Below are positions 30,704 through 42,731 of a stretch of DNA of 64,000 nucleotides, piece by piece. Under the pieces are notes generated by a model. That model was not told the DNA's origin and ran no database searches. It saw only the letters and a list, made by a program, of their open reading frames with translations. This DNA comes from an uncultured delta proteobacterium (GTDB lineage Bacteria; Myxococcota; Kuafuiibacteriia; Kuafuiibacteriales; Kuafuiibacteriaceae). Location: assembly GCA_963803435.1 (NCBI GenBank), contig CAWDML010000003.1, forward strand, positions 768,001-832,000. The letters run 5' to 3'. Both the position numbers and the translations under genes were made by a program. Position 1 is the stretch's first letter; every line of letters starts with the position of its first letter.

Positions 30704-32209
30704 ATGTCGCAGGCTTTCGACACGTTGATTCGCGGAGGGCGCGTCATCGACCCCGCGAACGAGATCGATGCCGTGATGGACGTTGCGATTCGAGACGGAC
30801 GGATCGTCTCGATCGCTCCGAGCATTCGGCCCATGCCAACGCTGCGGTTCGACGCAAGCGATGGGCGTGGTCGTGTCTGCGGACCGACGGTCATCGATGC
30901 GCGGGACAAGCTCATTGTTCCTGGGCTCATCGACTTCCACGCGCACGTCTACAAGGGCCTCAGCACCTATGGGATGGATCCGGACCGCGTCGGGATTCAG
31001 TCGGGCGTCACGCACATCAACGATGTCGGTAGCACCGGCTGGATGATCTACAGCGGTTTCCGCGACCTGGTGGCGGCGAGAGCGACCACGCCGACCACGA
31101 CGTTCCCGAACATCGTCGGGCTCGGCATTCCCGAAAACTGGGGATATCTGGGCGCGGACCTCAAGGAAGTCCTGGCCGCGACGATCCGTTCGGACTGTCT
31201 GATCGACGTCGCCGAGCGAAACAAGGACAGCATCAAGGGCGTCAAGGTCCACGTCGATCGCGGACTGTGTTCGCAGCTCGACACGGGCTGGGAAGCGCTG
31301 GAAGCGGCGCGCAGAGTCACCGACGCGTGCAAGATCAACCTGTATGTGCACCTCGGCGATCTCTGGCCGGTCCATCCCAGCGGCAGGGTACCCGACGTCG
31401 ATCATCTCCTGACCGGCCTGGTCCGGCGGATGCGGGAAGGTGAGGTCGTCGGTCACTGCTTCACGCCTTGGGAGGGTGGCTTCGTATCGACGGACAACAA
31501 CGTGCGCGCTGCAGCCTTCGATGCGAGCGGGAAGGGTCTGATGTTCGAGGTCGGACACGGTATCAACTTCTCGTTTACGCGTGCCCGAGCATTCCTCGAT
31601 GCGGGACTGACCCCCGACATCGTCTCCTCTGACATCCACGCCACGATCGTGCACTCCGGAAGGCCCCTGCCGAACTACGGGCTCGAGCCCGATCGGGAGG
31701 GAAAGGGGGTGTCCTGGACGATGGTGGGGACGATGACCAAGATGCTGGCCCTCCAGATCCCGCTCGCGGATGTCGTCCGGATGTCGACCATCAACCCGGC
31801 CCGCGCGATCGGTATCGCCGACACCAAGGGCACGCTCGGCGTGGGGCGCGCGGCCGACATCACGGTCCTCGATCGCATCGAGGGCGACTTCGTCTTGATG
31901 GATACGCTGGGAGAGAGCGTTGCGGTCAACCAGCTGCTCATCCCGACCCATACGATCCTGGCGGGGAAGGTCTACGATCTCGATGTGCTCGCGCTGCCCG
32001 AGTTTCACAACGAGTACATCGAATCCGAAGCCCGCTGGTGCACGCGCACACGTCACGCCGAATCCGAGCAAGGCGAAGAAGGCCCCGCCTTCGTCGAGGC
32101 CACACGCTGTACCGGTCGCGCAGGCCGGTGGCCGGGGGCGCTCCAAGGGGGGCGTGCGCGTCTCCGAGTCCGTCCACGAACGGCAGTCGCAACCGCAGCC
32201 GTCCGATGA
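30704..32209 (+). CDS. Amidohydrolase/deacetylase family metallohydrolase (dihydroorotase-like); C-terminal tail uncertain
   Basis: PGLIDFHAH, KVH, YVHLG, GHCF, DIVSSDIH, TINPARAIG. Confidence 0.87.
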   Translation: MSQAFDTLIRGGRVIDPANEIDAVMDVAIRDGRIVSIAPSIRPMPTLRFDASDGRGRVCGPTVIDARDKLIVPGLIDFHAHVYKGLSTYGMDPDRVGIQSGVTHINDVGSTGWMIYSGFRDLVAARATTPTTTFPNIVGLGIPENWGYLGADLKEVLAATIRSDCLIDVAERNKDSIKGVKVHVDRGLCSQLDTGWEALEAARRVTDACKINLYVHLGDLWPVHPSGRVPDVDHLLTGLVRRMREGEVVGHCFTPWEGGFVSTDNNVRAAAFDASGKGLMFEVGHGINFSFTRARAFLDAGLTPDIVSSDIHATIVHSGRPLPNYGLEPDREGKGVSWTMVGTMTKMLALQIPLADVVRMSTINPARAIGIADTKGTLGVGRAADITVLDRIEGDFVLMDTLGESVAVNQLLIPTHTILAGKVYDLDVLALPEFHNEYIESEARWCTRTRHAESEQGEEGPAFVEATRCTGRAGRWPGALQGGRARLRVRPRTAVATAAVR

Positions 32210-32253
32210 GAGCTCCGGGCCGGACACGGAGGATCAGCCGACGTCGCTGACGA

Positions 32254-33120
32254 TCACGGGCTCTGGTTGACGCACCCTTCGACGCGAAGGCCGGCGTCGC
32301 ATTGATAGAAGAACCCGAAGCGCGCGTTCCACCAGTAGACGGACTCGATACCGACTCCGACTCCGATGGGCTGGGACGGACACAGATTGATGTCGGTCTC
32401 CGGATCACCGTAGAAGACGCCCAGAAAGCGACCCTCGGCGAACTGGGGATCGAGGAGATAGATCCGTGCAACCTGTCGATCCCCTTCCATGAGTCGTACG
32501 TTCGCGCCGAGCCATCCGTGGGTGGGATCGGTGATGTTGAGTCGATCGTGCTCGGGGATGGGGGGCGGCGTCCAACTCTCGCTCGAGGTCACGACCCAGA
32601 GGGAGGCCATCGAGGTGTCCCGCGGACAGGCGCGCGCGGCGCAGCGGCCCACCATGCAGATCACGTCCGACTCGCAGTCACCGCAGCTCCCGCCGCAGCC
32701 GTCGTCGCCGCAGTCCTTGCCTGCGCAGTCGGGAGTACACGATTGAAGCGAGAGATCGATGCGTTGTGCCCGATCGACCAGCACGCGGCAAGGTGCGCTC
32801 TGCGAGACGCTCCGGCAGTCACCGCTCCAGGTGGTGCGGTACGTACCTGCCAGAGTATGGGTGACCTCAACTCGCTCGCCCAATGGAACCGAGAACGTGC
32901 AGCTGTCCCTCCCGCCGGCGGCGAGCTGGGCGATCGTGCACTCGTCGGAGAATGTGCCCGCAACCGAGTGAACGGCGATGCTCAGGTTCGTCAGGTCGGC
33001 GCTGGACTCGACGTCGACGGCGAACGGGCAAGCCGTATCGCAGGTATTCTCCTCGACGATCGGATCGCCGGAACAGGCCGAGGCCCAAATGACGACCAGA
33101 GACAGCGGCATCCTACGCAT
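32254..33120 (-). CDS. Cys-rich lipoprotein
   Basis: Lipobox ASAC; CTPDCAGKDCGDDGCGGSCGDC repeat typical of myxobacterial surface proteins. Confidence 0.7.
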   Translation of the reverse strand: MRRMPLSLVVIWASACSGDPIVEENTCDTACPFAVDVESSADLTNLSIAVHSVAGTFSDECTIAQLAAGGRDSCTFSVPLGERVEVTHTLAGTYRTTWSGDCRSVSQSAPCRVLVDRAQRIDLSLQSCTPDCAGKDCGDDGCGGSCGDCESDVICMVGRCAARACPRDTSMASLWVVTSSESWTPPPIPEHDRLNITDPTHGWLGANVRLMEGDRQVARIYLLDPQFAEGRFLGVFYGDPETDINLCPSQPIGVGVGIESVYWWNARFGFFYQCDAGLRVEGCVNQSP

Positions 33121-33171
33121 CAACCCCGATCATAGCAGGAGCATCCGCCCGGCCTCGACAGTGCTCGCCGT

Positions 33172-34497
33172 ATGGTACGGTACGCCCGGAGGTTGTTCGC
33201 AGTGAGGACTCGGTCTCAGCTTGGCTGTTGCCTGCTAACGGCGCTGGTCTCCAGCTGTCAGGAGAGGAGCCGTCCGCCGGAGTCGCCGCCGCCCCCGCCG
33301 AGCACCAAGCTGCCCGTCACGGGATCGGCCACCTCCACGAGCACACGCACGCAGACTGCGCAGTCCAACTGGTATCGCGGCGTCGTGAAGAAGGGCGATG
33401 AAGAAGTGCCGTTCTTCACCCGGCTCCCGCCGGACGGTGCGGCGCTGGTGGTCAACGGGCCCGAGCATCTCGATGCGAAGGTCGTCTGGTCCGGCGAGCA
33501 CCTCACGATCCACGTGGCGGCGTACGCGACGCGGATCGAGGCGGACCGCCAGAAGGACGGCACGCTCGTCGGGATGTGGACGAACCAGCACACGAGAACA
33601 GCGATCCCGTTCGAAGCCCGTCCTGTCCCGGGGCCGGATCAAGAGCTGCGTTTTCCTCCCGTGGCAGACACGGGCGCAAAGCGGGCCGACTTCTCCGGTA
33701 TCTGGAAGCTGGACGTCGACGACTATGGGCCCGGGAAGGCCGTCTTCGAACAGGGCGCCGATGGCACCGTGGTGGGGACGCTGGTCGTGTCGAGGTTCGG
33801 TGATCTTCGATGGCTGAGTGGCCGCGTTGACGGTCAGCTGCTCCGGCTCTCCGTGTTCGACGGCATCCATGCCTATGTGGTCCGGGCGCAGATGGACGAT
33901 CAGGGACGATTGAGCGGAGCCTGGATCGATCCCACCGGCTACGCGGGGAGCCCGATCGGCGGGACTCGCTCCAAAGACTTCGACGTGGGAACCGCAGACT
34001 CCAATCAAGGGAGCGGGAAGCGACTCTCACTGCCGGCGCTCGACCGTCCCGAGTTTGCGGGCAAGCCGATGCTCGTGGATATCTTCGGGACCTGGTGTCC
34101 GGCCTGCATGGACTCCGCGCCGTTCCTCGTCGAGCTCAGCGCACAGTATCGGCCGCGCGGACTGGAGATGTTGAGCGTCGCCTTCGAGCACGAGGACGCC
34201 GATACCAACCGATCTCAGGTCGAGAAGTTCAAGAAGAGGTATGGCGTTACGTGGCCGGTAGAGATCGCCTACGCACCCTCGCTCGAGGACATGGCCGCGG
34301 CGATGCCGAAGGAGATCATGCCGGTGGAGAGCTTTCCGATCGCGATCTTCCTCGACAGGAAGCACGAGATCCGCGCCGTGCACGCCGGCTTTACCGGACC
34401 GGCCTCGGGTGCCGAGCACCAGCGGTTGAGGAAACACTGGAGGGCGCTCCTGGAGGAGCTCCTGGCCCCTGAGACCGCGACTTCAGGTCGCCGATGA
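33172..34497 (+). CDS. TlpA/peroxiredoxin-like thiol-disulfide oxidoreductase lipoprotein
   Basis: Lipobox VSSC; IFGTWCPAC; ESFPIAIFLDR; HAGFTGP. Start may lie slightly downstream. Confidence 0.85.
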   Translation: MVRYARRLFAVRTRSQLGCCLLTALVSSCQERSRPPESPPPPPSTKLPVTGSATSTSTRTQTAQSNWYRGVVKKGDEEVPFFTRLPPDGAALVVNGPEHLDAKVVWSGEHLTIHVAAYATRIEADRQKDGTLVGMWTNQHTRTAIPFEARPVPGPDQELRFPPVADTGAKRADFSGIWKLDVDDYGPGKAVFEQGADGTVVGTLVVSRFGDLRWLSGRVDGQLLRLSVFDGIHAYVVRAQMDDQGRLSGAWIDPTGYAGSPIGGTRSKDFDVGTADSNQGSGKRLSLPALDRPEFAGKPMLVDIFGTWCPACMDSAPFLVELSAQYRPRGLEMLSVAFEHEDADTNRSQVEKFKKRYGVTWPVEIAYAPSLEDMAAAMPKEIMPVESFPIAIFLDRKHEIRAVHAGFTGPASGAEHQRLRKHWRALLEELLAPETATSGRR

Positions 34498-34541
34498 CGG
34501 ACCCGCGTCCTCCCATCGGAGCAAGGCGCGTGGACACGAGG

Positions 34542-37223
<2,682 letters not shown>

Positions 37224-37245
37224 TCTCGTTCGGTGTAGCGGGCCT

Positions 37246-38085
37246 ATGACTTCGGGGCAACATCGGTTGGGGGTGACCACTTCGTACCATCCGAAGCCGC
37301 ACCACGTCGTCCGGGCGGAGGCGGTGGCGCGGCGCTGCGGTGCGCCCTACCTGGTGAGAACGCGCGCGCTCGACACGGTGTTTGCGCCCGGCCGGATCGA
37401 TCTCTTGTACGTGATCTCCCGCCGGCGCGAAGAGCTCCGCGCGCCCGACGCCCACATCTTCGTGCACGCCGGGATGATCAAGCTGAAGGTGAAGCCGGGG
37501 AAGCAGCACCCGATCTGTCGTGCGATCGCACCGGAGGGCGCACCTCCGGTCACGCGCATCGTCGACGCGACCATGGGGCTCGCCGGCGACGCCATCCAGC
37601 TCTCGATCGTCCTCGGTCTGGAGGTCGAAGGGATTGAGGTCTCGCCCGTGATGTGCTGTCTGCTCGAGGAGGGCTTCGATCGTCTGTCACGGGAGACGCC
37701 GCGGAAGTGGCGCGACGCGTTCTCTCGGCTGTCGGTCACCGAGGGACGGGCGGCCGAGGTCCTCGCGACCATGCCGGCGGGAAGCCGTCCGGTCGTGTAC
37801 TTCGATCCGATGTTCGCGACGCCGCGGGAGGCGGCCGCCGGCTTCGACGTGTTCCGGCGCGTCGCCGAGCACGCGCCCCTCGACGCGCGCACCCTCGCCG
37901 AGGCGGTCCGCGTGGCGTCGGACCGCGTGGTCGTGAAGGTGGCCCACGGCGAGCGCGCCACCGCCGAGGTTTCTCCCGGGTACAACCGGAGGGTCTGCGG
38001 CATCGCCTTCGACTATCTCATCGTCGAGAAAGCGCTTCCTCACCCCGAGTGGGAGCGCCGGCGCCTGCCCGCGGGTCACTACTGA
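37246..38085 (+). CDS. Class I SAM-dependent methyltransferase (RsmJ-like)
   Basis: IVDATMGLAGDA, VVYFDPMF, RVVVK. Confidence 0.8.
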   Translation: MTSGQHRLGVTTSYHPKPHHVVRAEAVARRCGAPYLVRTRALDTVFAPGRIDLLYVISRRREELRAPDAHIFVHAGMIKLKVKPGKQHPICRAIAPEGAPPVTRIVDATMGLAGDAIQLSIVLGLEVEGIEVSPVMCCLLEEGFDRLSRETPRKWRDAFSRLSVTEGRAAEVLATMPAGSRPVVYFDPMFATPREAAAGFDVFRRVAEHAPLDARTLAEAVRVASDRVVVKVAHGERATAEVSPGYNRRVCGIAFDYLIVEKALPHPEWERRRLPAGHY

Positions 38086-38143
38086 GGCCGCCTCCGGCAG
38101 TTGTCACTCGACAGCGCCCGGAAGCTCGACTACCGCGCCAAGT

Positions 38144-39544
38144 GTGGTCGCTCTGCCAGTCCACACCCGTGCGTTCAGGGTGCGGCGCTTCCTCAACTGG
38201 TTCCCGCTCGGTCTCGCATACGCGTTTCTCTACATGGGGCGCTACAACCTGACCGTCGCCAAGAACGCGCTCGGCGACCTCATGACCAAGGCCGACTTCG
38301 GCGACATCTTCGGGGTGGGCGCGATCGTCTACGGCCTGGCGTTCATCATCAACGGACCGCTCACGGACCGCATGGGCGGCCGCTTCTCGATGCTGCTCGG
38401 CGTCATGGGCGCCTTCGTCTCGAACCTCCTGATGGGCCTCGCGCTCTACGGCATCCACTTCTGGGGACTGCACCTCCCCATCCTCTGGACCTTCCTGCCG
38501 CTCTACGCGCTCAACATGTACTTCCAGAGCTTCGGCGCCGTCGCGATCGTGACCACCAAGGCGCCTTGGTTCCACGTCCGCGAGCGCGGCACCTTCTCCA
38601 CGATCTTCGGCGTGATGATCTCGCTCGGGATCTACTTCGCGTTCGACTGGGGCTTCGCGATCACGACGGCCACGCGCGCGCATCGCGATCCGAACATGGA
38701 CCTGGTCGCGCGCATGTTCGACGCGCTGATCCCCGGCGGAGGGCAGGGCGTCGACGAGAACTGGTGGCTGTTCTTCGTCCCCGCCCTCATTCTGCTGGTC
38801 CTCTGGATCATCCTGTTCCTGTGGCTCCGCAACAGCCCCGCCGAGGCCGGCTACGAGAACTTCGACACCGGCGAGGCCTCCATCTCCGACGACGGCGAGC
38901 GGCTGCCGGCGTCCCAGATCTTTCTCAAGATTGTCCGCCACCCGGTGCTGCTGGTGATCTGCGGGATCGAGTTCTGCAGCGGCGTGCTGCGGAACGGGAT
39001 CATGCACTGGTACACGTTCTTCGCCCAGCAGACCGGCTTCACCAAGGACTTCGTCGTCACGAACAACTGGGGCCTCACGCTCTTGATCGCCGGGGTCGCG
39101 GGCGCCTTCCTCACCGGCTGGGCGTCGGACCGCTTCTTCGAGAGCCGGCGCGCCCCGATGGCCGCCATCTTGTACGTGGCGATGCTGATCTCGGTGGTGG
39201 TCATGTGCTTCACGCTCACCGCGAACCCCTGGTTCGTCGGCGTCGCCGCCATCACCGTTTCGCTGAGCGTGATCGGCGTTCACGGGATCATGTCGGGCAC
39301 CTCGACGGTCGACTTCGGCGGCACCAAGAACGGCGGCGCCGCGGTCGGCATGGTCGACGGCCTGGTCTATCTCGGCACCGCCACGCAATCCCTGGCAGCG
39401 GGCTACATGACGCCCGCAGGGGACGCGGCCAAGGATCCCAGCAACTGGATCGGATGGCCCGTGTTTCTGATCCCGTTCGCCGTGATCGGCCTGCTGCTCT
39501 CGATCAAGATCTGGGGCGCGCTCCCGCACCGCGCTCGCCGTTGA
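38144..39544 (+). CDS. MFS transporter, GlpT/organophosphate:Pi antiporter-like
   Basis: YAFLYMGRYNL, GPLTDRMG, WFHVRERGTF, GWASDRFFESRR; about 12 TM segments. Confidence 0.85.
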   Translation: MVALPVHTRAFRVRRFLNWFPLGLAYAFLYMGRYNLTVAKNALGDLMTKADFGDIFGVGAIVYGLAFIINGPLTDRMGGRFSMLLGVMGAFVSNLLMGLALYGIHFWGLHLPILWTFLPLYALNMYFQSFGAVAIVTTKAPWFHVRERGTFSTIFGVMISLGIYFAFDWGFAITTATRAHRDPNMDLVARMFDALIPGGGQGVDENWWLFFVPALILLVLWIILFLWLRNSPAEAGYENFDTGEASISDDGERLPASQIFLKIVRHPVLLVICGIEFCSGVLRNGIMHWYTFFAQQTGFTKDFVVTNNWGLTLLIAGVAGAFLTGWASDRFFESRRAPMAAILYVAMLISVVVMCFTLTANPWFVGVAAITVSLSVIGVHGIMSGTSTVDFGGTKNGGAAVGMVDGLVYLGTATQSLAAGYMTPAGDAAKDPSNWIGWPVFLIPFAVIGLLLSIKIWGALPHRARR

Positions 39545-39884
39545 CCGGTCGGCAGGGCTCGAGGATCCGGACGTCGCTCGTGATCGACGAGCTCCTGGCG
39601 GCGCTGAGCGGCGCGGTCAGACGCGCGAACCGCTGCGACACGTAGGTCTGCATCAGCGCGTTGCAGCGCTCGGCCGCGGCCTGCGGATCGCGCCCCTTCA
39701 CCCCCACGTCGACGATCGAGGTGGAGCCCCGCCGGGTGACGATCAGGTCCTCCGGGCTGAGCCTCCTCAGTACCTCGATCTCCGTGGTGATCATGTGGTT
39801 CTGCTCGAAGACGATCGCGCCCCGGGCCGCGGGCTCGCGGCTACAGCCGAGGAGCACGATGATCGTGAGCAGGGCCCAGCGCAC
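39504..39884 (-). CDS. Small lipoprotein resembling the periplasmic alpha/beta base of Wzz/Wzc
   Basis: Lipobox LLGC; STSIVDVGVKGRDPQAAAERCNALMQTY and DVRILEP; starts 2 nt after the porin stop. Confidence 0.5.
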   Translation of the reverse strand: MRWALLTIIVLLGCSREPAARGAIVFEQNHMITTEIEVLRRLSPEDLIVTRRGSTSIVDVGVKGRDPQAAAERCNALMQTYVSQRFARLTAPLSAARSSSITSDVRILEPCRPVNGERGAGARPRS

Positions 39885-39886
39885 GC

Positions 39887-41464
39887 TCAGAACCGGAACT
39901 GGACCTCGAGCCTGAGCTCGCCGGTGTGCGTGTCCTCCTCGCCCTGGTTGGCGGCCTCGATGAAGTCGTCGGTGTAGAGCAGCGTGGCGAGGCCGGTGTT
40001 CCGCCAGATGTAGACGTGGAGGGCGACGCGCCACTGGAACTCGTCGACGAGCCGCCGGAGGTCGGTGGGGAGCGGATTGGGCGGGTTCACGAAGTCGGTG
40101 GCCTTGAAGCCGCCGAAGTCGCCGGCGAGCATCACCCACTTGGGGATGACCAGGAAGCCGAGCTGGAGGTTGTACGAGTACTGCCAGGTCTTGAACTCGA
40201 GCTCGCGCTTCACGTAGCCCTCCGCGGCCGCCACCACGCGCCACCAGCGGAAGAGGACGTTGACGTTGGCGGCGGGGAAGCGCTCGAAGGCCCGCTGGTC
40301 GTAGCGGGCCCCAGCGTACAGCGTCAGCGCCGCCGGGACCTCGGTGTAGAGGAAGCGCGTGTCCCAACGGTCGAAGCGGCCGACCAGGTAGAGCGCCGCC
40401 TGGGCCCCGCCGCCCCAGGTGAAGTTCGGATCGTCGGTGTTGAAGAACCGGCCGCCGATGTTGCCGTTGAACTGGCCCAATCCGCCGGCCAGGAAGACGC
40501 GGTAGTCGAGCAGGCCGCGGACCAGCGGACCGTAGAACTCGACCGCGGCCCCGTTGCCCTGCTCGAAGGCGTTGAACAGGTAGAACGGCGGATCGAGGAG
40601 GATGTGCTTCGACACCGAGAGGACCTGAGCGTTGGAGAGGCCGCCTCCGCCGCTGTTGAAGTTGATGTAGTGGCCGCCGCCGATCGGCATGGAGAAGAAG
40701 GCGAAGGTCAGGCGCGGCGTGCGGTCGAACCGTCCGCTGATCAGGAAGAAGCTGTCCTGCAGGAACGGGATGGGGCCGAAGGTGCGGATCTGGAGCCGGT
40801 TGAAGAGTGTGTCGAACTTGCCGTTCCCGAAGCCCTCCTTCGTCGAGTCGGCGAGACCGCTGTAGGTCGCCGTGTAGTTGCTGGCGATGTGGGCCGCCAC
40901 CGAGAAGCGCACGCCGGGGGTGCCGCGGCAGACCGTCACGTCGGGATCGAAGCGGCAGCCGAAGTCCTCGCAGTCGATCTTGCCGTCGCCGTCGTTGTCG
41001 ATGCCGTCCGAGCACGTGAACTCGTTCCGCTCACCGTCGGCGTCAGAGCCCTTACCGATCAGGTCCTCGACGGTCATCCCTTCGCCGAGCTGAGGAATGT
41101 CGAGCGAATCCGGGTTCCCGCTGTCGGGGCCCCGCTTGACCGTACCCGATCCCTCGAGCCCGCCCTCCCAGGAGCCGCGGCACACGGTGACCGCATCGCT
41201 CTGACAGTCGACGTCGTCGCAATCCGTCTCGCCGTCGTTGTCGTTGTCGATCCAGTCGCTGCACAGCGTGTTGTTGTTCTCGAGACCGCCCGCCGACTTG
41301 CACGCCGGCGTGTTCCAGCAGTCGGCGTCGGCACAATCGATCAGCGCGTCGCCGTCGTCGTCGATCTTGTTGCCGCAGTCCGTTTCCGTTTTTTCCTGAG
41401 CCCACGCCGGCGCCGCCATCAAGATGATCGCGATCCCCGCGGCCGCTCCCCACTGTCTACTCAC
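39887..41464 (-). CDS. Outer-membrane porin-like beta-barrel with three N-terminal Cys/Asp repeats
   Basis: Signal peptide AWA-Q; 3x C-x3-(I)D(N/D)D-x-D-x3-DC-x-D-x2-C; amphipathic strands; C-terminal LRLEVQFRF. Confidence 0.78.
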   Translation of the reverse strand: MSRQWGAAAGIAIILMAAPAWAQEKTETDCGNKIDDDGDALIDCADADCWNTPACKSAGGLENNNTLCSDWIDNDNDGETDCDDVDCQSDAVTVCRGSWEGGLEGSGTVKRGPDSGNPDSLDIPQLGEGMTVEDLIGKGSDADGERNEFTCSDGIDNDGDGKIDCEDFGCRFDPDVTVCRGTPGVRFSVAAHIASNYTATYSGLADSTKEGFGNGKFDTLFNRLQIRTFGPIPFLQDSFFLISGRFDRTPRLTFAFFSMPIGGGHYINFNSGGGGLSNAQVLSVSKHILLDPPFYLFNAFEQGNGAAVEFYGPLVRGLLDYRVFLAGGLGQFNGNIGGRFFNTDDPNFTWGGGAQAALYLVGRFDRWDTRFLYTEVPAALTLYAGARYDQRAFERFPAANVNVLFRWWRVVAAAEGYVKRELEFKTWQYSYNLQLGFLVIPKWVMLAGDFGGFKATDFVNPPNPLPTDLRRLVDEFQWRVALHVYIWRNTGLATLLYTDDFIEAANQGEEDTHTGELRLEVQFRF

Positions 41465-42731
41465 AGACCCTCGCTCCCATGCACAGCGTCACCAACGGGT
41501 TCCAGCTGCAGTCCCAATCTGCGCAGTCGACGAAACCATCCTGGTCGTTGTCGATCCCGTCGCTGCAGTTGATGTTCGCTTGCTCGGCCGTTCCTGCGCT
41601 CTCCTGGCAAGCCTGTTGCACGATCGGGTCGGTCGCCTGCGAGCAGGAGAAGTCGTCGCAGTCCGTGAACCCATTCCCGTCGTTGTCGATCCCGTCCTTG
41701 CACTTCTCGAACGTGTTCTCGAGGAGCAGGGCGCAGCGACCCGAGATCTCCGGATCCGGGTTCTGGGAGCAGGAGAAGTCGGCGCAGTCGGCGTACCCGT
41801 TCAGATCGTTGTCGATGCCGTCGAAGCACTTGTCGATCGTCGTCTCGGTGACCGCCGCGCAGTAGTCGAGGATCTCTTGGTTGGTGCTCTGCGAGCAGGA
41901 TCGGTCGGCGCAGTCGGTGTAGCCGTTGTTGTCATTGTCGAGGCCGTCGCTGCACTTTTCGAGGGTGGCCTCCAGGATGCTGCTGCAGTAGTCGAGGATC
42001 TCCTGGTTGGCGCTGCGCGAGCAGCCGAAGTCGTTGCAGTCCTTGAACGTGTTGCCGTCGTTGTCGAGGCCGTCCATGCACGCTTCCAGCGTGTTCTCGG
42101 GGGTCACGCAGCCGAGCCGCCCGGCGCAGGTGGGATCGTCGCAATCGGTCCGGTTGTCGCCGTTGTCGTCGATGCCGTTCTGACAGTCGCTCTCGATGCA
42201 AGGGCTCAGAGCCTTGCAATCGCTGTCGTCGCAATCGGTGTCGCCGTCGCCGTCGTTGTCCCGGCCGTCGCTGCAGGTCTCGTCAGTGTTCTCCACGCAG
42301 ACGGTCACGAACTTGCCGCGGCGGCAGTTGAAGTCCTCGCAGTCGACGAACCCGTTGCCGTCGTTGTCGATCCCGTCGGAGCAGGCCACGTTGTCGAACT
42401 CGCGGCTGCAGCAGAGCTCCGGGATCGACTGGCATTTGCGATCACCGCAGTCGAACTGGCCGTTCTCGTCGTTGTCGATCTGATCGCGGCACAGCTCGTA
42501 GGTGTCCTCGCGCTCCTTGAAGAGCACGGGCGGGATGTACTCGCCGCACAGCGTAGACGACCGCAGGCAGTCCGGATCGGCGCAGTCGATGAATCCGTCG
42601 CGGTCGTTGTCGACGCCGTCGTTGCAGTGGAAGTCGTCGTTCTCGTAGCCCAGGACGGGCACCGCAGGATGCTCGTAGCAGGCCGAGAGCAGCGACAGGA
42701 CCAGCAGCGCCGGCGGGAGGGTTCGCATCAC
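41457..42731 (-). CDS. Lipoprotein made of 10 Cys/Asp-rich putative Ca-binding repeats
   Basis: Lipobox LSAC; ten copies of consensus C-x-DG-x-DND-x-(D/N)G-x2-DC-x-D-x2-C, counted by eye. Confidence 0.85.
   Translation of the reverse strand: MMRTLPPALLVLSLLSACYEHPAVPVLGYENDDFHCNDGVDNDRDGFIDCADPDCLRSSTLCGEYIPPVLFKEREDTYELCRDQIDNDENGQFDCGDRKCQSIPELCCSREFDNVACSDGIDNDGNGFVDCEDFNCRRGKFVTVCVENTDETCSDGRDNDGDGDTDCDDSDCKALSPCIESDCQNGIDDNGDNRTDCDDPTCAGRLGCVTPENTLEACMDGLDNDGNTFKDCNDFGCSRSANQEILDYCSSILEATLEKCSDGLDNDNNGYTDCADRSCSQSTNQEILDYCAAVTETTIDKCFDGIDNDLNGYADCADFSCSQNPDPEISGRCALLLENTFEKCKDGIDNDGNGFTDCDDFSCSQATDPIVQQACQESAGTAEQANINCSDGIDNDQDGFVDCADWDCSWNPLVTLCMGARVCE

Noticed and set aside
32020-32270. 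Possible frameshift giving the amidohydrolase a different Pro/Lys-rich tail
   Set aside because: The catalytic domain is complete before this point, and neither tail can be validated without homologues
41457-42731. Periodic GTCGTTGTCGAT DNA repeats as a CRISPR-like array
   Set aside because: They encode the DND/DGxD protein repeats in frame and vary at synonymous sites
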